Shown: positions 36,773 through 46,195, numbered from the stretch's first letter. The stretch: DNA of 64,000 bases from Desulfatiglandales bacterium (GCA_963667015.2 CAXXJJ010000001.1:2624001-2688000); one strand, 5' to 3'. Numbers and translations are program-made. Notes: a model not told the origin generated them from the sequence alone.

Positions 36773-39700
36773 TTACCTGTTTTTCCTTATCCATCCGGTA
36801 ACAAGTAATCCCATAAAACAAAGAACGATTATTATTACAAGCATGGCGGCGCCGGAACTGACGATTTTTGTATCCTCTTTCTTTTCCTCGACCATTTCAT
36901 ATCCTTCAATATTATCTTTTTCCGGCTTTTTGCCTTTCACTGCATTCTCTTTTCCTTCTTTTTCAGATATCTTGGCGTCCGGTGTCTTTTCTTCCTGCTG
37001 TATCTCTTTTGTAACTTGAGCAAGTTCCTTTTGTAATGCCTTTCTTTTTGCTGCCGCCTCTTCAATGCTCATTCCCAGTGCCCTGGAGAGGATGGTCTTA
37101 AATTCATTGACCAGCTCAGGAGACAGCATTCCGGGTAGAGAAATTATGTTTACTACCATCTGGTTCAGGGCCGGGTTATTGCAGGTGTGGTCACAGCAGG
37201 CCACTCCCTTTTCAATAACGCTCATCGCATATTCTATTGCCAGTTTATTTTTCATTTCTTCGGGGGCATCCAGGTATCCTTTACGAATGGCCTCAAGCAT
37301 CCGTGCGCTGATTGACTGATATGCCCATGGGTTGTTCTTATTAAAAAATTCCTTGAGATCCAGATCATATTTATCCTCAACGTAAACCTCATAGACCTGC
37401 TCCCATCGGGCCTTATCAACCGCAAAGGGTGTGACCACCTGCCAGCCCCACAAAAACTCAACAAACCTGCTCATTGACCTTGCACCAGCATAGTTCTCTT
37501 TCTTCATGCCCTCAATCCACTTGGGATTAAGGTAGCGGGAACGCAGTTCCGCCCCGATAGTCTTTTCAATATCTTCGATGTGGGCATTTTCGGCATCCCC
37601 CTGAAAGGAGATCAGCACATCCGGATATTCTCCGCTTACCCTTTTTACGGCCAGGGAAAGTCCGCCCAGATAGGCAAACTTATCATCATTTCCCAGCAGG
37701 CCGGAGGAGAATGCTGTAATGTCAACATCTTCAAGGCTCTTTTTGTAGACACTTTTTAGAGGGATTCCCCATGACTTTTTGCCATAGGCAAAAGAGCAGT
37801 GATGGATAAAGACATCGGCAATCTCTTCATCACTTTCCCAGAGACCGCTGTTGGGTACCAGGGACTGAAGCTTGGTATAATAGGAGCCCGGAGCTTCACT
37901 AAAGACACGGGAGTGACTCAACTCCTCCGCCTCTTCTTCGCCGTATCCTTTCTCAATAAGATATGTCTTTATCTTTAAACTGTGTTTGGCGATATAATTT
38001 TCCACATCCTTCATCTGAGCGGCCTTGCGTACGGCTTCGTCAAGAAGGATCATCACATTGGGGAAGGAATCCCTGAATAGCCCGGAGCACTGCATATGGA
38101 CATCAATTCTTGGCCGGCCAAGAATATTACCGGGAATGGGTTCAACCCCTATTACCTTATCGTTGATATCCCAGATCGGCTTCATACCTAAGAGATAAAG
38201 TACCGTGCTTACCTGTGAACCTTCATTGCGATGGATTGATCCGGCCCAGAGGATGAGCCCTATTTTATCCGGGTATTCCCCTTTTTCCTTAATGTGCTTT
38301 TCTATCATCCTCTTAGCAGCGTCTTTACCCAGGGCAAAGGCGTCCTTGGATGGTACCTTATCCGGGTCAAAACCATAGAAATTTTTACCAGTAGGGATGG
38401 CATCGGGATTTCTTAAAGGGCCATTGCCTTCTCCCGAAGGGATATACCTCCCGTTTAATGCCTGGATAAGATGCCCTATTTCTTCAGGGCCGCAAAGAAG
38501 AAGGTCTTCTTCAATCTTATTTAAGGGAAGGTCCTTATTCTTTTCATTGATGAGTCGGCTGAATTCCTTCAGGGATTCCGATTCAGGAGAAACTCCATAG
38601 GTGTGCAGACCATAGGGTATGTTTGCATCCTGCAATTCCAGCAGATAATGTTCAACCTCTTCAACCGCCTCTTCGGTTATTTCTGTTAAAAGGAGGTCTT
38701 TATCAAGACCCAGCTTTTTCATTAAGATTTTTATTCTTTTGAATTTTTCATCGGCCAGTTCCTTGCTGCGGGGAATGGCATCATTATATTCGTCAATAAG
38801 GTTTGCCAGTGTTTGATATTCCTTATATGAATCGGCCTTTTTCATGGACGGGACAAGATGGTCAATAATTACGCCCCTGCCGCGGCGTTTTGCCTGTATT
38901 CCTTCTCCTATGTTATTCATAATATAGGGGTAAATGTTTGGAATATCCAGAATAAGTACATCGGGACAACAGGACTGGCTGAGGCCCGTCTGCTTGCCGG
39001 GAAGCCATTCCTGGGTGCCGTGTTTTCCAAGGGATATAATGGCATCGGCCTTAAACTCATTTTTTAACCAGAGATAAAATGCAATATATTGATGATGGGG
39101 CCATATAGTCGGGTCATGATAAAGCTTCATCGGATCATCGCCCAGTCCCCTTGCAGGCTGAGGCATGAGAATAACATTGCCCAATGGAACAGAGGGGATG
39201 ATAAATTCATTGTCTTTTACCATGATTTTGGATTCATCGGGTTTTCCCCATTGCTCTTCCACCTTTTTTCGGAAATCCTCATTGGTCCGGCTATAGAATT
39301 TTAAATAGTCGGATACTTGCCATCGAACAACCTGATTACTCTTGAGAAGCTCGTCAAGTTCACCCGGCACCCAGGAGCCTATATTGCGGCCGCTTTTTAA
39401 AACAAGCTCCTTGATCTCCTCTTCCGAAGGAAGATCGTTTTCTATGAAATAACCTTCCTTTCGCATCCTTTTCAGGATATCCTTCACACTTCTGAAGACA
39501 TTAAGACCGCTTGCGCCTACATTCTGTTTCCCGGGGGTATGATTCCAGTAGATAATGGCGATCTTTTTATCCCTGTTAGGCTTTGTCTGTAGATTCCTCC
39601 AGGCCTTTATCCGCTTAATCATAAACTCAATGTTTTCTTTGATGGGTGCTTCCGCAAAAATTTCCTTTCCTGTGGGATCATTTTTTTCAAGGGCCACTTT

Positions 39701-40672
39701 TCCACCCAAAACAGAGGGTTCAATCAGACCGTTGAGTTCCGGTGTGAATATATCCATGCCGATTGATCCTGCGCTGAGTCCCTGGATGGATTTGTTATAT
39801 TCGGGGATGGTTTGTCTGGTCCTGATAAAGTTAAAAACAGGGACATTTAACTTGATAAAATTCTCCCGCGTTTTATCATCGGTGGTAAATTTAAAACAAA
39901 GGCCGCAGATAACATCAATACGGCTCTTTCTATTTTTATCAAAAAAGAATTCTTCTGGATTGGATGAAGAATAAACAGGAAATGTATTAATCCCCTCTTT
40001 TTCCAGGGATAGAATAAGTTCGCTTACTGTTTCACTGACCTCACCGGCGATTCCGGCATTAGATTTATAATCGGCAATCCCTGCCCAGAAACCATTATCA
40101 TTATAGAGTCCCTGTTTTTTATACCAGGTTATATAATCTTCAAAGGCAGAAAATATTTGGGGTGCCTTGGGATGAAAAATACCCTTTTCGGGAAAAGGTT
40201 CTTCATAACTCACTTCAAGACTGCAGTCCCTGTTAAGAAGAAAAAGGATCAGGTTTTTGATACTGTGTCTGGTTACCGAAGTATAATATTGGTTTACTAT
40301 GGGATCAAATATGATTTTTTCTAATCCTTCGACCCCTGATCTTACACCATATACCTTTGTCTTCTCAAAATCCGCGTTTTTCAGAATATAATCAGCCATG
40401 CGATGATTCATGGTGTCAACAATAAGTATCGCGGATTGCCTGACAGCTTCGCTGTTAATCTTTCCTTCTTTCATATCCCCGCTGGTATAATAGAGGATAT
40501 CATAGCGATCAGCTATCGCAGGAATCTTCATAACTTCTTTAATGGCCTGGCCAATAGCGGGGGAGTTTTCTACAAGCAGGGTAATCTTCTCTTTTTCTTT
40601 GGCCAAGGTTGAAAAAGCAATAGCTGAAGCAATAAAAAAGACTAAAACAATCCTATTTACCATCCGGTACAT
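36773..40672 (-). CDS. Secreted, membrane-anchored CobN-like protein B (tandem paralog)
   Basis: 1299 aa; signal peptide ..STLA; SLGKHGTQEWLPGK; ACCDHTCNNP; C-terminal TM. Confidence 0.9.
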   Translation of the reverse strand: MYRMVNRIVLVFFIASAIAFSTLAKEKEKITLLVENSPAIGQAIKEVMKIPAIADRYDILYYTSGDMKEGKINSEAVRQSAILIVDTMNHRMADYILKNADFEKTKVYGVRSGVEGLEKIIFDPIVNQYYTSVTRHSIKNLILFLLNRDCSLEVSYEEPFPEKGIFHPKAPQIFSAFEDYITWYKKQGLYNDNGFWAGIADYKSNAGIAGEVSETVSELILSLEKEGINTFPVYSSSNPEEFFFDKNRKSRIDVICGLCFKFTTDDKTRENFIKLNVPVFNFIRTRQTIPEYNKSIQGLSAGSIGMDIFTPELNGLIEPSVLGGKVALEKNDPTGKEIFAEAPIKENIEFMIKRIKAWRNLQTKPNRDKKIAIIYWNHTPGKQNVGASGLNVFRSVKDILKRMRKEGYFIENDLPSEEEIKELVLKSGRNIGSWVPGELDELLKSNQVVRWQVSDYLKFYSRTNEDFRKKVEEQWGKPDESKIMVKDNEFIIPSVPLGNVILMPQPARGLGDDPMKLYHDPTIWPHHQYIAFYLWLKNEFKADAIISLGKHGTQEWLPGKQTGLSQSCCPDVLILDIPNIYPYIMNNIGEGIQAKRRGRGVIIDHLVPSMKKADSYKEYQTLANLIDEYNDAIPRSKELADEKFKRIKILMKKLGLDKDLLLTEITEEAVEEVEHYLLELQDANIPYGLHTYGVSPESESLKEFSRLINEKNKDLPLNKIEEDLLLCGPEEIGHLIQALNGRYIPSGEGNGPLRNPDAIPTGKNFYGFDPDKVPSKDAFALGKDAAKRMIEKHIKEKGEYPDKIGLILWAGSIHRNEGSQVSTVLYLLGMKPIWDINDKVIGVEPIPGNILGRPRIDVHMQCSGLFRDSFPNVMILLDEAVRKAAQMKDVENYIAKHSLKIKTYLIEKGYGEEEAEELSHSRVFSEAPGSYYTKLQSLVPNSGLWESDEEIADVFIHHCSFAYGKKSWGIPLKSVYKKSLEDVDITAFSSGLLGNDDKFAYLGGLSLAVKRVSGEYPDVLISFQGDAENAHIEDIEKTIGAELRSRYLNPKWIEGMKKENYAGARSMSRFVEFLWGWQVVTPFAVDKARWEQVYEVYVEDKYDLDLKEFFNKNNPWAYQSISARMLEAIRKGYLDAPEEMKNKLAIEYAMSVIEKGVACCDHTCNNPALNQMVVNIISLPGMLSPELVNEFKTILSRALGMSIEEAAAKRKALQKELAQVTKEIQQEEKTPDAKISEKEGKENAVKGKKPEKDNIEGYEMVEEKKEDTKIVSSGAAMLVIIIVLCFMGLLVTGWIRKNR

Positions 40673-40994
40673 AGATCATCCTTCCGTCTTTTAACTGATA
40701 GGCTGTTCCAAGTTTCATGCCTTCCTGTCCGCCGATCTTTTTATCGGTTACCTTTTCCACCTTGATATCTTTGCCCTTTTTGGTAATGATCTCCATCTGA
40801 CCTTCCTGGTTTTTTTTCACAATAGTGATTTCACTGGTTTCCGAGAAGAAATCCATCATGTTATAGACAGTCATGAGAGCGAGGAACAGGCCGACAATAA
40901 AGACCAGCCCCACATCAAAAAGGTTGGCAACACCATTTAAAGGGTCTTCATCTTCAGTAGCTCCGGTAAGACGACGTTTTTTCAGGTAGCTCAT
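40653..40994 (-). CDS. DUF2149 (HmuV-like) protein
   Basis: DPLNGVANLFD, MEIITKKG, LGTAYQLKDGRMIYVP. Confidence 0.85.
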   Translation of the reverse strand: MSYLKKRRLTGATEDEDPLNGVANLFDVGLVFIVGLFLALMTVYNMMDFFSETSEITIVKKNQEGQMEIITKKGKDIKVEKVTDKKIGGQEGMKLGTAYQLKDGRMIYVPDGK

Positions 40995-41632
40995 TTATCA
41001 GCCTCCCGGGTCATTGCCTCGGTAATCAGTTCAATATTCCTTATGTCTACCCTGGTCCAGCGGCCTTTTACTGTAGTAAAAAAATATGCCAGAATACCCA
41101 GGGCCAGTCCTACTACGGTGGTGGAAAAGGCAATAATCAGGCTGGAGGTCATCTGGGCCATATTGCCCTGGCCTAAGGCGGCCAGGCCCGTACCCATTGG
41201 AATCAATGTCCCCATAAGCCCTAGACCCGGACCAATACGAACAATAAGGCGGGTGCGGTCTACTTCCTTGGTTAATTTGGATTCCTTTTCCTGGATAAGG
41301 ACTTCTACCTTTTCCTGAAAGAAATCATCTTTATTCTCTATAAGGGAAATAAGTTTCTGTACGTAGACACGCACACGCAGAGGCAGATGTCTTTTTACGT
41401 TATCCGGAAGTTTTTTTTCTTTTCGGATTTCATCCAGGTAATGGGTAATATCCACATTTTTCGTTAACCGCTTTCTGCCTATCCATTCGGCAAAAAAACC
41501 ACCTGAAAAGATGACCATCCAGGCAACCAGAACAATAAGCAGTATCATTACCGGATAAAGAAGGCAGGAAGATATAGCATAAATAATTGTCTGCAATAGA
41601 CCAAAAAGATTTTCCATTGTTTTATTCCTCAC
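40991..41632 (-). CDS. MotA/TolQ/ExbB proton-channel family protein (HmuU-like)
   Basis: GPGLGLMGTLIPM, AFSTTVVGL; true start may be ATG 41617. Confidence 0.88.
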   Translation of the reverse strand: MRNKTMENLFGLLQTIIYAISSCLLYPVMILLIVLVAWMVIFSGGFFAEWIGRKRLTKNVDITHYLDEIRKEKKLPDNVKRHLPLRVRVYVQKLISLIENKDDFFQEKVEVLIQEKESKLTKEVDRTRLIVRIGPGLGLMGTLIPMGTGLAALGQGNMAQMTSSLIIAFSTTVVGLALGILAYFFTTVKGRWTRVDIRNIELITEAMTREADK

Positions 41633-42386
41633 TTAACAAATTTGATTTTCTGTGATGGATAAAATATCCGGCACTGAAAAGTATGACAGCCGTTAACATC
41701 AAGATTAAAAAAGACTTTAAATTAAAGGTGGTATTTCCGGCGTTTTGAGATGCCAGACCGTAAACATCCTGGATTTCCTGATAGACAGGGGCAATAAGCA
41801 GTGTAAGAAAAAAATAGGTGGAAACCATGATCATCACCAGTCCAAGAAAGGAGGAATCCGTTTTATCGATTTGCCTGCGAAAAGGAAAAAGAATCAATAC
41901 GACCAGAAAAGCAATAGTTGAGAAGATACCAAAAAGAAGCATAGTAGTAGACGCTAAAGATATAGAAAATGCACTGTATGCCAGGGAGAGAGTTAGGAGA
42001 ATTACAGTCGCACACACCGGGCATGGAAGAATCAGCAGTAAAATACCTTTGCTGCTGTTGCCCGAAGAGCCTGATCCTGCCGAGAGAAGCAGTTTTATTC
42101 CCCATAAAATCAGGCCTGAAGCAACAAAAAGATGTAGCAGTATTCCGTAGCGCATAATTTCCAGAAAGTGGTCTAAATAGTTTAATAACTGGAAGCGTAC
42201 TGTCAGGGCATAAAGACCAAAAAATAAAAGAAAATAGACAAGCAGTATCCCTGCAAGAAAAAGCAATTTTTTTCTGACAGGGATACTGCTATCATAAACA
42301 AGGGGTGCCATTCCCAGACCTGTTTTTATCCCAAAAATAGACAGGGCACTAATAATGCCCGTAATTAAAAGAGATTTAATCATCAT
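41622..42386 (-). CDS. DUF2162 (HmuT-like) membrane protein
   Basis: FGIKTGLG, conserved LPCPVC, multiple TM segments. Confidence 0.82.
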   Translation of the reverse strand: MMIKSLLITGIISALSIFGIKTGLGMAPLVYDSSIPVRKKLLFLAGILLVYFLLFFGLYALTVRFQLLNYLDHFLEIMRYGILLHLFVASGLILWGIKLLLSAGSGSSGNSSKGILLLILPCPVCATVILLTLSLAYSAFSISLASTTMLLFGIFSTIAFLVVLILFPFRRQIDKTDSSFLGLVMIMVSTYFFLTLLIAPVYQEIQDVYGLASQNAGNTTFNLKSFLILMLTAVILFSAGYFIHHRKSNLLSEE

Positions 42387-42468
42387 GAACCTTTCGGTCT
42401 GGAGGAACTCTCAAAAATAGGATGTTTTTGAAAAGACCCTCCAAACCTTATTCAGGAAAAATCAACTG

Positions 42469-44532
42469 TTAAAATGACCAGGTGAGACCTGCCTTGAAGT
42501 TCCGCTTTGCCATGGGGTATCCACCCACCCATTCGTAGCCCTTATTGGTCAGGTTATATGCCCCTGCATTAAAGCTAAGGCTCTCTGACAGTTCATACCC
42601 GAGTGTCATGTCAAAGAAGTTAAACGCCTTTTTTTCGACAAGTTCACCACTGCTGGTATTCTGTTCCGGCCCTATCCAGACGTGAGATAATGAAACGGCT
42701 GCTTTTTGGTATTTGAAATCAAGGTTTGATTTTACTTCGTAATCTGAGATGTTTGTAAGATCCTTGTTTTCTATTTCGTCTTTGTATTTAATGTTAAAGG
42801 CAATATTTGAGGAAAAGATCAGGCTGAAAGGCATTTTAAAAGTATTTCCAATATTCCAGGTGGTAGAAAGTTCAATGCCCTGCATTTCTGCCTTGCCGAG
42901 ATTTTCCCAGGTGCTCCACTCCTTTTCATCGTATTCAATCGATTCACTGGCAGTGACAATCTTGTCCTTATAATCTGTCAGAAAATATGTGGCGCCGAAT
43001 TTAACCAGCTCAGAATCAAAATCGAACCCGGTTTCGTAGGTTATAGAAGTCTCGGGCTCAAGGTCCGGATTACCCAGGTATCGTCTTTCCCTGCTGCCGG
43101 ATGTATATTCGTATTCGGCCGTTAGCTGGAACGCTGACGGCGACTTGAAAGCCTGGCCGATGTTGCCTCTTACCCTTAAAAAGTCGTTGAATTTATAGAC
43201 AATCCCTGCGCGCGGCGAGATATGATCAAAGTCCCTCGTCAACTCATTGAAGCTCAGGTATAAATCATCTTTTGGCCTTATGGTAGTAAGTTCAAATTTG
43301 TCATATCTTGCTCCAAGAACTAAATTCAAGCGTCCGTTTAAAAAATCCAGAGCATCCTGACCATAAAAACTGGTGGTTTTATATTCCATCGCAGGTGTTA
43401 TATTGCGCTTGGGCTCTCCATTGCGTAGCCCCTCAGATTCCTTTGACAGGCTTTCATAGGTGCCTCCCAGCACCATCTTATTATTGGGGCTGATCTGAAG
43501 GGTGAATTGCTGGTCCATACCAAAGGTTTCATCCTCATACATTGTGGCATCATCCTCAACAGCTTCTAAAGTTGGATCGCCGGAATACCATTTATTGCTG
43601 TCCCAGAGGTAATAACCAAGGGCCTTCCAGGAAAGTTTGCCTTCCATAAACAATGTATTATATTCGATGTCAGCATGCCCCCTGCTCTTATCGGCATAGG
43701 ATGCATCATTGGGATCATAGGTGGTGTATGTGCCTGTGTCTGCCCAGCTTGCATAATGTCCCATTAAATCGGTATAGTCGAAACCAACGCGGATTTCCTG
43801 ATCCCCGCCGGGATAGAAGAGCAGGTTTCCACCTATGTACTTATGACGTTCATTGCTGTTAAAAATCTTTCCATAGTCCTTGGTATCTATATCATCCGTT
43901 GCCTCGTAACTCGCAGCAATCTGATATCCAAACCAGTCATTAACGCCGCCGCCGCTTGAGACCGATGTCTTATTATATCCAAAGCTCCCTCCTTCCTGTT
44001 TGAGGGTCGATTTGATTTTATCTATTCCTTTTTTGGTTATAACGTTGATTACACCGCCCATTGCCGCAGCGCCGTACAGTGCCGAGGCAGGGCCCTTGAT
44101 AATTTCTATCCTCTCAATCATATCCGGCAAAAGCTTGGCCATATTCCCTGTACCAATCCTGTGTCCATCCATCAGAATAAGTACCTCTCCCTTGATGTCA
44201 TCTCCGTGTGTCTCGGTCTGAAATCCCCGCATGCCAACTGGCTGCAACATCCCCTGATAACGATGGTAATGGCCGGTGACCTGTTTCCCAATAATATCAC
44301 CGACAGTCATTGACCCGGACTCCTTGATCTCCTCTTCGGTAATGACCTGTACACGTATCGGTATATCTTCGACTTTTTCTTCGGTTCTTGTTGCAGTGAC
44401 AACTACCGCATCTAATTTAACTACCTCTTTTTTCCCTTCCTCTTTTTCTTCTTTGGCGAATGTGTCTGGAATAATGGCCAAAAGGGTCAGGCCGATGTAA
44501 AATACAGTAGTCAGTAGCATTCGTTTTTTCAT
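42469..44532 (-). CDS. TonB-dependent receptor 2 (B12-riboswitch controlled)
   Basis: Signal peptide, DAVVVTATR, IERIEIIKGPASALYG, GNPDLEPE, C-terminal LTWSF. Confidence 0.93.
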   Translation of the reverse strand: MKKRMLLTTVFYIGLTLLAIIPDTFAKEEKEEGKKEVVKLDAVVVTATRTEEKVEDIPIRVQVITEEEIKESGSMTVGDIIGKQVTGHYHRYQGMLQPVGMRGFQTETHGDDIKGEVLILMDGHRIGTGNMAKLLPDMIERIEIIKGPASALYGAAAMGGVINVITKKGIDKIKSTLKQEGGSFGYNKTSVSSGGGVNDWFGYQIAASYEATDDIDTKDYGKIFNSNERHKYIGGNLLFYPGGDQEIRVGFDYTDLMGHYASWADTGTYTTYDPNDASYADKSRGHADIEYNTLFMEGKLSWKALGYYLWDSNKWYSGDPTLEAVEDDATMYEDETFGMDQQFTLQISPNNKMVLGGTYESLSKESEGLRNGEPKRNITPAMEYKTTSFYGQDALDFLNGRLNLVLGARYDKFELTTIRPKDDLYLSFNELTRDFDHISPRAGIVYKFNDFLRVRGNIGQAFKSPSAFQLTAEYEYTSGSRERRYLGNPDLEPETSITYETGFDFDSELVKFGATYFLTDYKDKIVTASESIEYDEKEWSTWENLGKAEMQGIELSTTWNIGNTFKMPFSLIFSSNIAFNIKYKDEIENKDLTNISDYEVKSNLDFKYQKAAVSLSHVWIGPEQNTSSGELVEKKAFNFFDMTLGYELSESLSFNAGAYNLTNKGYEWVGGYPMAKRNFKAGLTWSF

Positions 44533-44570
44533 AATTTCTCCTTTTGCATTCCATTAGCGTTATTGGGCAT

Positions 44571-44608
44571 AAAAAAATCCCGGATCAAAATTAATTGATC
44601 CGGGATTT
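44571..44608 (-). terminator. Second (gene-proximal) terminator in the riboswitch 4 leader
   Basis: Minus strand AAATCCCGGATCAA...TTGATCCGGGA followed by T7. Confidence 0.8.
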
Positions 44609-44676
44609 CCCTTTTTTATCCTTTAGATCTTTTCGTGTGATCTCTGGTTCTAAGTAATACGCCTGGCAATTCAGGC

Positions 44677-44708
44677 AAAAAAAAACCGGACCGAAAAATC
44701 GACCCGGG
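44677..44708 (-). terminator. First (aptamer-proximal) terminator in the riboswitch 4 leader
   Basis: Minus strand CCGGGTCG-ATTTTT-CGGTCCGG followed by T9. Confidence 0.7.
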
Positions 44709-44773
44709 TATTTCCCTTTTTAAACCCTAAGATTCACTGCATATTCTCTTTGCCGAGATGAATACACATATAT

Positions 44774-44936
44774 ATTCTGGCAGGTCTTCTGACTTACGGA
44801 TCATCCTACTTGCTGCGCCTTCCCGGTTGTTGATTAACCAGTGACTCATTGCAGCTTTCGTCCCCGAATACAGCGGCGGGCCCGTCTCCGAATTTTACGG
44901 AGTTCCCTTTTCAACTCTTTATGAGTACCATGAACA
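44774..44936 (-). ncRNA. Cobalamin riboswitch 4
   Basis: Minus strand TGGT..AAAAGGGAA..GTAAAATT..CCCGCCGCTGTA..GTCACTG..GGGAAGG..AAGTCAGAAGACCTGCC; closely similar to riboswitch 3. Confidence 0.95.
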
Positions 44937-44942
44937 TCATAT

Positions 44943-44972
44943 AAAATACATAATGATGCGGTTGTATGTCAA
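44943..44972 (-). promoter_or_regulatory. Putative sigma-70 promoter for the riboswitch 4 leader
   Basis: TTGACA-N18-TATTTT immediately upstream of the aptamer. Confidence 0.5.
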
Positions 44973-45070
44973 GTAGAATTACAGTTTAATGGTATAATTT
45001 ATTGGTAGTGATTCATCTTGACATAAAATATTATTACCGATATCCATCCGCTTAATTACCTAAAAGGGGC

Positions 45071-45253
45071 TTTATATGCACATTTACCTTTGCAGAATCA
45101 TTGCCAGGCAGTTTTCATACAATGATGGGGCTTTCAATTGCAGATGCAATGGAAGTTGCCAAAAAATAAGGTGCTGATATAATAGGCCGTAACTGTGGGA
45201 ACGGCATTGAAGGGATGATCAAAATAGTCAGTGCTATTATAAACGCAGTGTAA
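45071..45253 (+). pseudogene. Decayed internal fragment of a homocysteine S-methyltransferase gene
   Basis: FICTFTFAESLPGSFHTMMGLSIADAMEVAKK*GADIIGRNCGNGIEGMIKIVSAI; 18 of 22 residues match the protein read from base 1; in-frame TAA at 45167. Confidence 0.8.
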
Positions 45254-45321
45254 AATGGCCACTTATGTCTTCTTTTAAACAGTGTCAGATACATTATATT
45301 CCTTATATGTGGAGCCCGATA

Positions 45322-45966
45322 ATGAACAAAAAAAATATACCGGAAGTAAAAGATATAAAAATATCAAAGTCCTGTCTTCGAAGAATTTCTGAATATTACA
45401 GGGCCCTGCGTCAGCTGAGTGAAGAAGGGGTGAGGAATATTACTTCCATGGAGTTAGCCGAAATAAACGGAGTATATCCTGCACTGGTAAGGAAAGATCT
45501 TTCATATTTTGGATGCTTTGGTCAGAGAGGTGTCGGCTATAATGTAGATAATCTCATGAGTGTGTTTGAAAAGATATTAGGGCTTACCAGGGAATGGAGG
45601 GTAGCAGTTATAGGTGCAGCCCAGTACAGCAGCAGTTTGATGATTTCATTGCCCTTTGAATCAAGAATCTACAAGGTAAGAAAGATATATGATAAAAATC
45701 CTGAAAACATAAAGGGAGTTCCGGAAAATGTCGAGGTATTTCATATTGACAGCCTTGAGACTACCCTTGATCCGGAGCTGGATAATATTGTTATTATTGC
45801 CCTTCCTCCTGATGAAATTCAGGGCATTATAGACAGGCTGGGCAGGATAGGAATAAAGGCTGTGCTCTATATGGCATCCAAAACAGTTAATGTTCCGGAT
45901 GGGATGGTTGTAATGAATCAGGATATTAAAATAGAACTCGGGATGCTGACCTACCGGTTGATATAA
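45322..45966 (+). CDS. rex: Redox-sensing transcriptional repressor Rex homolog
   Basis: RISEYYRAL, ITSMELA, VRKDLSYFGCFGQRGVGYNV wHTH; Rossmann domain begins VAVIGAAQYS; GGAG RBS before ATG 45322. Confidence 0.85.
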   Translation: MNKKNIPEVKDIKISKSCLRRISEYYRALRQLSEEGVRNITSMELAEINGVYPALVRKDLSYFGCFGQRGVGYNVDNLMSVFEKILGLTREWRVAVIGAAQYSSSLMISLPFESRIYKVRKIYDKNPENIKGVPENVEVFHIDSLETTLDPELDNIVIIALPPDEIQGIIDRLGRIGIKAVLYMASKTVNVPDGMVVMNQDIKIELGMLTYRLI

Positions 45967-45968
45967 AA

Positions 45969-45989
45969 AGGGCAGGCAGACCTGCCCTG
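45969..45989. terminator. Probable bidirectional terminator between convergent genes
   Basis: AGGGCAGG-CAGA-CCTGCCCT with an A-run on the left (U-run for the minus strand). Confidence 0.65.
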
Positions 45990-46003
45990 TAAGAATAAAG
46001 TAG

Positions 46004-46195
46004 TTACGCTACGGCTACCAGCACAAGTCCTGTGCTGTTTTCAAGGGATTTAATCTTTGCCAGTTGATCTTCTGATAGATCAGTTAGTTTTAAATCCTGG
46101 CCTGAAAAGGCAATCATGGTTTTACCAATTTCACTTTCCAGTGCCTTGATTTTATACAGTTTGTCATTTCCAAGGTTTGCCATGCTGTATAACAT
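46004..46195 (-). CDS. Small hypothetical protein made of two ~30-aa repeats
   Basis: Strong RBS GGGAGG; ANL..DKL.KIKALESEIGKTMIAF and TDLSEDQLAKIKSLENSTGLVLVAV. Confidence 0.75.
   Translation of the reverse strand: MLYSMANLGNDKLYKIKALESEIGKTMIAFSGQDLKLTDLSEDQLAKIKSLENSTGLVLVAVA

Noticed and set aside
44973..45321. Rex operator near rex
   Set aside because: No convincing TTGTGAA-N4-TTCACAA-like palindrome seen by eye.
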